From: Opitutaceae bacterium
Lineage (GTDB): Bacteria; Verrucomicrobiota; Verrucomicrobiia; Opitutales; Opitutaceae
Assembly (NCBI GenBank): GCA_041689555.1
Contig: JBDNFZ010000393.1
Span: 1 to 27,049, forward strand
Direction: 5' to 3'
DNA length: 27,049 bases
Shown here piece after piece: positions 1-9,209 of this stretch (positions within the stretch are counted from its first letter, which is position 1; each line of letters begins with the position of its first letter). Made by a program: the position numbers and the translations under genes. The notes beneath the pieces were generated by a model. The model saw only the letters and a list, made by a program, of their open reading frames with translations. It did not search any database and had not been told where the DNA came from.

Positions 1-744
1 CGCGTCGCCCTCCTCACCGGTTGCGCGCAACAGGTCCTCTCGCCCGACATCAACACCGCCACCATCGCCGTCCTCGCGCAGCAGGGCGTCGAGGTCATCG
101 TCCCGCCCGCGCAAGGCTGCTGCGGCGGACTCGCCTGGCACACCGGCGACCTCGCCGCCGCCCGGGCCTTCGCCCGTAAAAACCTCGACGCCTTCCCCGC
201 CGACGTGGACGCGATCCTCACCAACGCCGCCGGCTGCGGCTCCGCGATGCACGAGTATCACCTCGTCCTCCGCGGCACGCCCGACGAGGCGCGCGCCGAA
301 ACCTTTCGCCACCGCGTCACGGACGTGAGCGCCTTCCTCCAAAAACTCGGCCTCCGCACCCCGCCGCCCGGCGGCCGCGTGCCCCGCCGCATCGCCTACC
401 ACGACGCCTGCCACCTCGCCAACGCCCAGGGCGTGCGCGCCGAACCCCGCGCCCTCCTCCGTGCCATCCCCGGCGTCGAGGTCATCGAGCTCGCCGACGC
501 CCACCTCTGCTGCGGCAGCGCCGGCACGTATAACCTCGACCAGCCCGACATCGCCGCCTCCCTCGGCGAGAAAAAAGCCCGCGCCGTGATCGCCAGCGGC
601 GCCGAGGTCGTCGCCAGCGGCAACATCGGTTGCCTCACCCAACTCTCCGCGCACCTCGAAAAACTCGGCTCCCCGATCAAGGTCAGCCACACGTTTCAAG
701 TCCTCCGCGATGCCTACGCGGCCCCGCCCGCCGGCTCGGCTTAG
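1..744 (+). CDS. glcF: Glycolate/D-lactate oxidase iron-sulfur subunit GlcF (CCG-domain protein), 5'-truncated by the window edge
   Basis: Frame 1 is open from base 1 (RVALLTGCAQQ...QGCCGG...NAAGCGS...YHDACHLANAQG...LCCGSAGTYN...SGNIGCL). It has two CCG domains typical of GlcF; stop TAG at 742-744. Confidence 0.85.
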   Translation, partial: RVALLTGCAQQVLSPDINTATIAVLAQQGVEVIVPPAQGCCGGLAWHTGDLAAARAFARKNLDAFPADVDAILTNAAGCGSAMHEYHLVLRGTPDEARAETFRHRVTDVSAFLQKLGLRTPPPGGRVPRRIAYHDACHLANAQGVRAEPRALLRAIPGVEVIELADAHLCCGSAGTYNLDQPDIAASLGEKKARAVIASGAEVVASGNIGCLTQLSAHLEKLGSPIKVSHTFQVLRDAYAAPPAGSA

Positions 745-785
745 CGCCGCCTCTCGCACGCCGTCCCCCGCCTCCACCCCGCCCC

Positions 786-2192
786 ATGGATCCGTTTCTC
801 CTGCTCCTGATCGGCATCGTGATCGTTGTCGGCGGTATCGTCTTCCTCAAACTCCACGCTTTCATCGCGCTCTTCGCCGCCGCGATCGTCGTGTCCGCGC
901 TCACCCCGCGCGCCACCATCGAGCAGGCCGTGCTCGCGCAGAAACGCCCCGCGGCCGAGGCCAAGGCCCGCGCCGACGAACCTCTCGGCGCGAAACTCGC
1001 CAACCGCTTCGGCGCCACCTGCACCAGCCTCGGCGTCCTCATCGCCATGGCTTCCATCGTCGGCGTCTGCCTCCTCCACAGCGGCGGCGCCGATCGCATT
1101 GTGCGCTCGACGCTCGGCCTCTTCGGGGAAAAACGTTCCCCGCTCGTCTTCGCCACCAGCGGCCTCGTGCTCGGCGTGCCGGTGTTTTTCGACACGGTCT
1201 TTCTCCTGCTGATTCCGCTCGCCCGCGCGATGGCGACACGCACCGGGAAAAACTACCTGCTCTACGTCCTCGCGATCGCCGTCGGCACGACGATGACCCA
1301 CTCGCTCGTCCCGCCGACGCCCGGACCGCTCTTCGTCGCCAACGCCCTCAAGGTCGACCTCGGCACCATGATGATCGCCGGGCTCTTGCTCAGCGCCTTC
1401 ACCGCCGGCGCCGGGCTCCTCTACGCCTTCTGGGCCAACCGCCGCTGGCCGACCGGGGTGCGCGCGCCGTCCGACCAATCCGCCGCCGCGCCGCTTGCCA
1501 CGCGCGACGACTCCGCGTTGCCCCCGCTCTGGCTCGCCCTCGCCCCGATCGTAATCCCCGTGGTCCTGATCTCGGGCTCCACCTTGGCGGACATCGTCGC
1601 GCTCCCGCCCACCCTCAACGCCGTGGTCGACGCCCTCGGTCATCCCAACATCGCCCTCGCCATCGCCGCCGCCATCGCGCTGGTCACGGTCGCGACCCGA
1701 CCCGGCAGCGATCCCAAAACCGTCAAGGACACCGTCCAAGCCTCGCTGGCCGACGCGGGCCTGATCATTTTAATCACCGCGGCGGGCGGGGTTTTCGGCG
1801 GCGTTTTGCAGGAGACCGGCGTGGGCGAACGCATCCAAGGCCTCGCCCGCGAGTATCGCATAGGCGTGCTGCCGCTCGCCTTTCTGGTGACGGCCTTGAT
1901 CCGCACCGCCCAAGGCTCGGCGACCGTCGCGATGGTCACGAGCGTCGGCATCGTCGGGGCCTTCGCGACGCCCGAGACGCTGGGCTGCCACCCGGTCTAT
2001 CTCGCCCTCACCATCGGCTGCGCGTCGAAGATTGTCCCGTGGATGAACGACAGCGGCTTCTGGGTCGTCTCCAAAACCTCCGGCCTGACCGAGCGCGAAA
2101 CCCTCCGCACGATGTCGGTGATGTTTTCCGTGATGGGCGTGGTCGGTTTCGTGACCGTGCTCGTCGCCGCGTCGCTCTTCCCTCTCGTGTAA
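786..2192 (+). CDS. GntP-family (gluconate/organic acid:H+ symporter) permease
   Basis: ATG at 786 (MDPFLLLLIG...). Many hydrophobic helices and GntP motifs 'PVFFDTVFLLLIP', 'HSLVPPTPGP', 'IRTAQGSATVAM', 'WMNDSGFWVV'. Confidence 0.9.
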   Translation: MDPFLLLLIGIVIVVGGIVFLKLHAFIALFAAAIVVSALTPRATIEQAVLAQKRPAAEAKARADEPLGAKLANRFGATCTSLGVLIAMASIVGVCLLHSGGADRIVRSTLGLFGEKRSPLVFATSGLVLGVPVFFDTVFLLLIPLARAMATRTGKNYLLYVLAIAVGTTMTHSLVPPTPGPLFVANALKVDLGTMMIAGLLLSAFTAGAGLLYAFWANRRWPTGVRAPSDQSAAAPLATRDDSALPPLWLALAPIVIPVVLISGSTLADIVALPPTLNAVVDALGHPNIALAIAAAIALVTVATRPGSDPKTVKDTVQASLADAGLIILITAAGGVFGGVLQETGVGERIQGLAREYRIGVLPLAFLVTALIRTAQGSATVAMVTSVGIVGAFATPETLGCHPVYLALTIGCASKIVPWMNDSGFWVVSKTSGLTERETLRTMSVMFSVMGVVGFVTVLVAASLFPLV

Positions 2193-2301
2193 CTCCGGCT
2201 CTCGGCACCGATCCCGCACTGTTTTTCGAGCCGGTTCCCGTTTGGCCGATCTTGTGCGACAAACGGCTCGCCCCCCGCCTCCCCGCCTATTGTCTTATCT
2301 C

Positions 2302-2889
2302 GTGATCTCCGCCGCCATCGTCGTCCGCCTGCTTCTCTGGTGGCTCCTCGCCGCCGTTGCGGTTGGCAAGTTCCAGCTCCTGCAGCGCCTCCCGCCGCCC
2401 GCGATCCAGGCCATCATCTTGCTCCTCACGGCCGGCCTCGTGGGCCTTTACCTCCGTTTCAATCCGGTGCGGACGTGGATCGACAGTCTGTCGCTTCGCG
2501 CCCTGGTCCTCGTCCATGTCACCCGTTTCGTGGGCGTCTATTTCCTGATTCTGCATCATCGCGGAGAACTCCCTTACGCCTTCGCGGTGCCCGGGGGTTG
2601 GGGCGACATCGTCGTCGCGTTGTCCGCGCTGGTCGTCGCCTTGGCTCCCTTTGCGCCTGCTTTCCGGCTCCGGGCTGTCCGCATCTGGAATGTTGTCGGG
2701 CTCCTCGACCTTGCTCTCGTCGTCTTCACCGCCGCGCGCCTCGGGCTCGCCGACCCGCTCTCGATCCGCGCCCTCACGCACTTGCCACTCAGTCTGCTTC
2801 CGACATTCTTGGTCCCGATTCTGATCGCGACCCACATCATCATCTACCTCCGCCTCGCGCGCGCGGACGCCCAGCCGGCCCGGTCTTGA
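2302..2889 (+). CDS. Uncharacterised multi-pass membrane protein
   Basis: About 5-6 hydrophobic segments with motifs 'HVTRFVG', 'GWGDIVVA', 'WNVVGLLD', 'LPLSLLPTFLVP..H'. Start uncertain (TTG 2290 or GTG 2302; the track uses 2242). Confidence 0.7.
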   Translation: MISAAIVVRLLLWWLLAAVAVGKFQLLQRLPPPAIQAIILLLTAGLVGLYLRFNPVRTWIDSLSLRALVLVHVTRFVGVYFLILHHRGELPYAFAVPGGWGDIVVALSALVVALAPFAPAFRLRAVRIWNVVGLLDLALVVFTAARLGLADPLSIRALTHLPLSLLPTFLVPILIATHIIIYLRLARADAQPARS

Positions 2890-2941
2890 AGCTGGCTCGC
2901 TGGCAGGCTCCGGACGGCTTCCGTCTCGGATGAATGGGCAC

Positions 2942-2974
2942 AAAAAAACGGGGCCGGATTGCTCCGGCCCCGTT
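2942..2974 (-). terminator. Rho-independent terminator of the 60-aa peptide gene
   Basis: Perfect 12-bp stem AACGGGGCCGGA (2947-2958) / TCCGGCCCCGTT (2963-2974), 4-nt loop, with an A7 run at 2942-2948 that gives the U-tract on the minus strand. Confidence 0.85.
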
Positions 2975-3002
2975 GCGTAGAGGTCACTTGGTCAGGTCTC
3001 GA

Positions 3003-3185
3003 TCAGAGGCCCAGCAAGCGCTTCCAATTGAGGCGGTATTCGAGCGTCGCAATCCCGAGCAGTGCGAGCACCGCGGAGAAGCCGACGACGAATTCCACGT
3101 TCGATACGGTAACGAAAGAAAGCAGCAGCAGGGTCGCAGCGATGACGCCGGGGATGACCGCAGTGGTGTTGATGATATTTTTCAT
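3003..3185 (-). CDS. Small (60 aa) membrane protein with two predicted TM helices, divergent from the LysR regulator
   Basis: MKNIINTTAVIPGVIAATLLLLSFVTVSNVEFVVGFSAVLALLGIATLEYRLNWKRLLGL has two hydrophobic stretches and a basic tail. It has its own candidate promoter upstream and a terminator downstream. Confidence 0.75.
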   Translation of the reverse strand: MKNIINTTAVIPGVIAATLLLLSFVTVSNVEFVVGFSAVLALLGIATLEYRLNWKRLLGL

Positions 3186-3233
3186 AGGTATGTGTCCTTT
3201 TTTAAACCCGACTCCCGATGAGTCAGGTCACGT

Positions 3234-3262
3234 ATAATACGGTATCTGCTTCAATAGTTGAA
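3234..3262 (-). promoter_or_regulatory. Candidate activator-dependent sigma70 promoter for the small protein
   Basis: Minus strand: -35 TTCAAC (3262-3257), 17-nt spacer, -10 TATTAT (3239-3234). An overlapping plus-strand TATAAT at 3233-3238 is a candidate -10 for the LysR gene. Confidence 0.55.
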
Positions 3263-3299
3263 ATCGCATCTACCTATCTCAACCATAGTCATAACCTAT
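3263..3299. promoter_or_regulatory. OxyR-type LysR operator (ATAG-N7-CTAT-N7-ATAG-N7-CTAT)
   Basis: ATCG catctac CTAT ctcaacc ATAG tcataac CTAT: 15 of 16 box positions match the E. coli OxyR consensus with exact N7 spacing. It overlaps the LysR ATG. Confidence 0.75.
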
Positions 3300-4194
3300 G
3301 GAACTGCATCAATTGCGCTACGTCGTCGCCGTCGCCGAAACGGGCAACTTCACCCGCGCCTCCGAACGCGCTAACGTAAGTCAACCCTCACTAAGCCAAC
3401 AAATAATAAATCTTGAAACCGAGGTTGGGCGTAAGCTTTTCCACCGCTTAGGCCGCAAGGCTGTGCTCACCGAAGCCGGCGAGGTTTTCCTCGAACGCGC
3501 GCGGCGAATCCTCTTTGAGATTGAAAATGCAGCCAAAGAATTGGGCGATCACCCCACATTGGAGCGCCGGATCACCGTCGGAGCCATCCCGACCGTCGCT
3601 CCCTATCTCCTGCCGACGCTGATCACGCGGTGCCGAGAGCGGCATCCCAATCTCCAAATCGATGTCCGCGAAGATTTTCTCACCCATTTGACCCGCGCCG
3701 CCGTCGAAGGTGAAGTCGATCTCGCCGTCGTGGTCCTACCCATCCGCGACGCCCGACTTTCGATCGAACCGCTGCTCACGGAACCTCTCCTCCTCGTCGT
3801 CGCCAAGAACCACCCCTTGGCCGCAAAGCCCCGCGTCAAAGCCCCCGATCTCGCCGGCGAGACCTTTGTGATCCTCGGCACCTCCAGCTCCCTCGCCGAA
3901 CAAATTCAGCGTTTCTGCGGCGACCACCATTTCGAACCGCGCATCGGTTTTCGCTGCGCGCAGGTCGCGACGGTCAAGGCCTTGGTCGGCCTCGGGGTGG
4001 GTATCTCGATCTTGCCGCAGGTCGCCCGTGATCCCGACGACGCGCGCGCCCTTGTTTACATTGAACTCTCCGGTGGCTCGCCGACCCGCGAACTCGCCAT
4101 TATCCGCCACCAGCAACGCTACCAGAGCCGCGGGGCCGAGCAGTTCCTGACCTTGCTCCGCGACTACGCCGCCGAGCTCACCGCCCGGACCTGA
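3298..4194 (+). CDS. LysR-family transcriptional regulator, OxyR-like
   Basis: N-terminal LysR HTH (MELHQLRYVVAVAETGNFTRASERANVSQPSLSQQI), OxyR-like 'VGAIPTVAPYLLP', and a substrate domain 'SSSLAEQIQRFC' aligning to OxyR 'GHCLRDQAMGFC'. Confidence 0.92.
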   Translation: MELHQLRYVVAVAETGNFTRASERANVSQPSLSQQIINLETEVGRKLFHRLGRKAVLTEAGEVFLERARRILFEIENAAKELGDHPTLERRITVGAIPTVAPYLLPTLITRCRERHPNLQIDVREDFLTHLTRAAVEGEVDLAVVVLPIRDARLSIEPLLTEPLLLVVAKNHPLAAKPRVKAPDLAGETFVILGTSSSLAEQIQRFCGDHHFEPRIGFRCAQVATVKALVGLGVGISILPQVARDPDDARALVYIELSGGSPTRELAIIRHQQRYQSRGAEQFLTLLRDYAAELTART

Positions 4195-4264
4195 TCGCCG
4201 CCCCCGGGGACCGGCGCTGTCCCTTAAGTCGCGCGTCACGATTTTCCGGTTCGGTTTCGTAAGG

Positions 4265-4317
4265 GTAGGCAGCCCGCTTGCGGGCGCGGTTTGGCGCGCG
4301 CCAGCGCGCTGGGCTAA
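4265..4317. repeat. GTAG-type REP doublet (family 'C'), degenerate
   Basis: GTAG-GCAGCCCGCTTGCGGGCGC followed by an inverted partner whose reverse complement reads TTAG-CCCAGCGCGCTGGCGCGCGC. Related to 8621-8696. Confidence 0.5.
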
Positions 4318-4429
4318 GCCGGAGCCGTTTGTGAGATCAAACCGGATTACCTTGGAGCCGACCTCGCCCGGGCCTCCCGCCGCCTGCGGAGTTGCTCTTT
4401 ACCGGAAAGGACCAAGGGTCCGACGATCC

Positions 4430-5695
4430 ATGCCCGCGCCCGACGAACCTCACGCCCTCACGCCCAGGCGCGAGCTCGTCACGCTGATGGTCCTCGCCGC
4501 CGTGCAATTCACGCACGTGCTCGATTTCATGATCATGCTGCCGCTCGGGCCCCAGCTCATGCGCACGTTTGCGATGAGCCCGGCCCAGTTCACCTACCTC
4601 GTCGCCGCCTACGGGCTGGCGGCGGCGCTGAGCGGTTTCGCGGGCGGATTCGTGCTGGACCGCATTGATCGGAAGCGTGCGCTCCTTTGGGTTTACGCCG
4701 GCTTCGGGCTCGCCACGTTCGCCTGCGGGCTCGCGCCGACCCACGACACCCTCCTGCTCGCCCGGCTCGCCGCCGGCGCCTTCGGCGGTATCTCCGGCTC
4801 GCTCGTCACCGCGATGATCGGCGATATCATACCTCCGACACGCCGGGGCCGCGCGATGGGTTTCGTGATGTCGGCCTTCCCCTTGGCCTCGGTGTTGGGC
4901 GTGCCCATCGGCCTGATCCTCGCCGGCAAATTCGACTGGCACGCTCCGTTCTTTATGCTCGCGGGCTGCTCGGCCGTGATTCTCCTCGGCGCCGCGCTCG
5001 CTCTGCCCCATTTGCGCACCGCCGTGAAGAACCACGAGCCCATCCGGCAGATGCGCGAGATCCTCACCCATGGCATTCACCTGCGAGCCTTCGCCGTCAC
5101 CGGGTTTCTCGTCATGGCCGGCGGCTGCATCATCCCGTTTCTCGCCCCGTCGTTCGTGATCAATTTCGGCCTCGCCGAATCCGATCTGCCCAAGATCTAC
5201 GCCTTCGGCGGCATCGCCGCGTTCATCAGCGCCCCGATCGTCGGCCGGCTCGCGGATCGGATCGACCGGCTGCACCTCCTCGCCGGCCTCTCCGCCGTCG
5301 CCTCCGTCGTCGTGTTGATCCTGACCAATCTTACCTCGACCAACCTGATCGGCGCCTGCGCGATCATGGCCGCGTTCATGGTCACGATGTCGGGCCGTTT
5401 CGCGCCGGCGATGGCCATGATCACCGACGCGGTCGAGTCACGCTACCGGGGCGGTTTCATGAGCGTGAACTCCGCCCTGCAACAGGCGTGCAGCGGCGCC
5501 GCCACCCTTCTCGCCGGCGTTTTCATCACGACCGCAGCGGGCGGCCGGCTGGTCGGGTTCCCGGTGCTGGGTCTCGTCTCGGTCGGCTTCTTTGCCCTCA
5601 CCCTCGTCTGCGCCGCCCGCCTCCGCCGCGCCGCGCCCCACGTCGCCCGTGCGGCCCGTGACCCGGCCGTGACCGCAAACCTCGCGCCGACCTGA
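4430..5695 (+). CDS. Major facilitator superfamily transporter (probable DHA-type efflux permease)
   Basis: About 12 hydrophobic segments and MFS loop motifs 'GFVLDRIDRKRAL' and 'GRLADRIDR'. ATG at 4430 preferred over GTG at 4331. Confidence 0.9.
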   Translation: MPAPDEPHALTPRRELVTLMVLAAVQFTHVLDFMIMLPLGPQLMRTFAMSPAQFTYLVAAYGLAAALSGFAGGFVLDRIDRKRALLWVYAGFGLATFACGLAPTHDTLLLARLAAGAFGGISGSLVTAMIGDIIPPTRRGRAMGFVMSAFPLASVLGVPIGLILAGKFDWHAPFFMLAGCSAVILLGAALALPHLRTAVKNHEPIRQMREILTHGIHLRAFAVTGFLVMAGGCIIPFLAPSFVINFGLAESDLPKIYAFGGIAAFISAPIVGRLADRIDRLHLLAGLSAVASVVVLILTNLTSTNLIGACAIMAAFMVTMSGRFAPAMAMITDAVESRYRGGFMSVNSALQQACSGAATLLAGVFITTAAGGRLVGFPVLGLVSVGFFALTLVCAARLRRAAPHVARAARDPAVTANLAPT

Positions 5696-5735
5696 ATGCG
5701 GTTGCGACGACGCCCGCCCCGCCTACCTCTCTGCC

Positions 5736-8393
<2,658 letters not shown>

Positions 8394-8410
8394 GCGTTCC
8401 GCGCCTCCGT

Positions 8411-8433
8411 GTAGGAGCAAATTTATTTGCGAC
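8411..8433 (+). repeat. Solo GTAG-type REP (family 'D')
   Basis: GTAG-GAGCAAATTTATTTGCGAC with hairpin GCAAAT-TT-ATTTGC. Confidence 0.6.
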
Positions 8434-8620
8434 CCGCGCCGCGCCTAGGCCAAGGCGTCGTCAAATTCGTTTCACCGATCTTTCCGCTTTCGTCTTTCGT
8501 CAGCGTTTGCCCGCGGGAGAGAAAGAGAAAGATTAAGACATAGTGAAAGACCACGGGCGACGAGGCCCCGCCCCCGCCGCCCAAGCTCCCGTCAAGAGCC
8601 TCTCCGAACATCGGCGCACC

Positions 8621-8696
8621 GTAGGTCCGCTCGCCAGCGCGCGCCCGCGCCGCGACCGGAGCGCGCGCAAGCGCGCTCGCAAGCGCGCTGGCCTAC
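8621..8696. repeat. GTAG-type REP doublet (family 'C')
   Basis: Begins GTAG (8621) and ends CTAC (8696). The right REP in reverse complement is GTAG-GCCAGCGCGCTTGCGAGCGCGCTTGCGCGCGCT, with an internal duplication. Confidence 0.6.
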
Positions 8697-8752
8697 CCGG
8701 AACCTGTCTTGGGCCATTCAGATAGGCCCCGCGCCGCGCCGACCGCCCGCGC

Positions 8753-9136
8753 TCACTTCGCGCGCTGGATCAATTCCACTTCGTAGCCCTCGGGCGCGTC
8801 GATGAAGCCGATCATCGACCCGCTCCCGGACAGCGTCGGTCCGTCGCTCAACTCATAGCCCTTCGCCTTCGCCGCCGCCGCGAACGCGACGAGATCCTCC
8901 ACCTCAAACGCGAGGTGCATCAGATCCGGCTGCACCGCCACGCTCGGCGCACCCGGCGGCATCTGGCAGATCTCGATTTCCTCGTCGCTGTTCGGCGTCC
9001 CGATGAACGCGAGCTGCGCCCCGCGCGGCGAAGTGTGCCGCCGCAGGACCTTTAGGCCGAGCGCGTCCTCGTAAAACGTCACCGTGCGCGCCAGATCGTT
9101 GACCCGCATCCGCGTGTGCAGAAGTTTTTTGACCAT
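8753..9136 (-). CDS. gloA: VOC-family protein, probable lactoylglutathione lyase (glyoxalase I)
   Basis: 'LLHTRMRVNDLARTVTFYEDALG', 'EIEI', 'HLAFEVEDL', 'FIDAPEGYEVELI' carry the H/E/H/E metal ligands. ATG at 9136. Confidence 0.75.
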   Translation of the reverse strand: MVKKLLHTRMRVNDLARTVTFYEDALGLKVLRRHTSPRGAQLAFIGTPNSDEEIEICQMPPGAPSVAVQPDLMHLAFEVEDLVAFAAAAKAKGYELSDGPTLSGSGSMIGFIDAPEGYEVELIQRAK

Positions 9137-9209
9137 AATAGGGCACAGGCTGGACTCCATTCCCGCCCGGGGCCAACCTCATTTCTCCGGACTAAGTTTG
9201 ATCGTCATC

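Noticed and set aside
4333-4429. Riboswitch or attenuator in the MFS leader (small hairpins such as GGACC-AAG-GGTCC over an SD-like sequence)
   Set aside because: No recognisable aptamer motif, and hairpins of 4-6 bp are expected by chance at this GC content.
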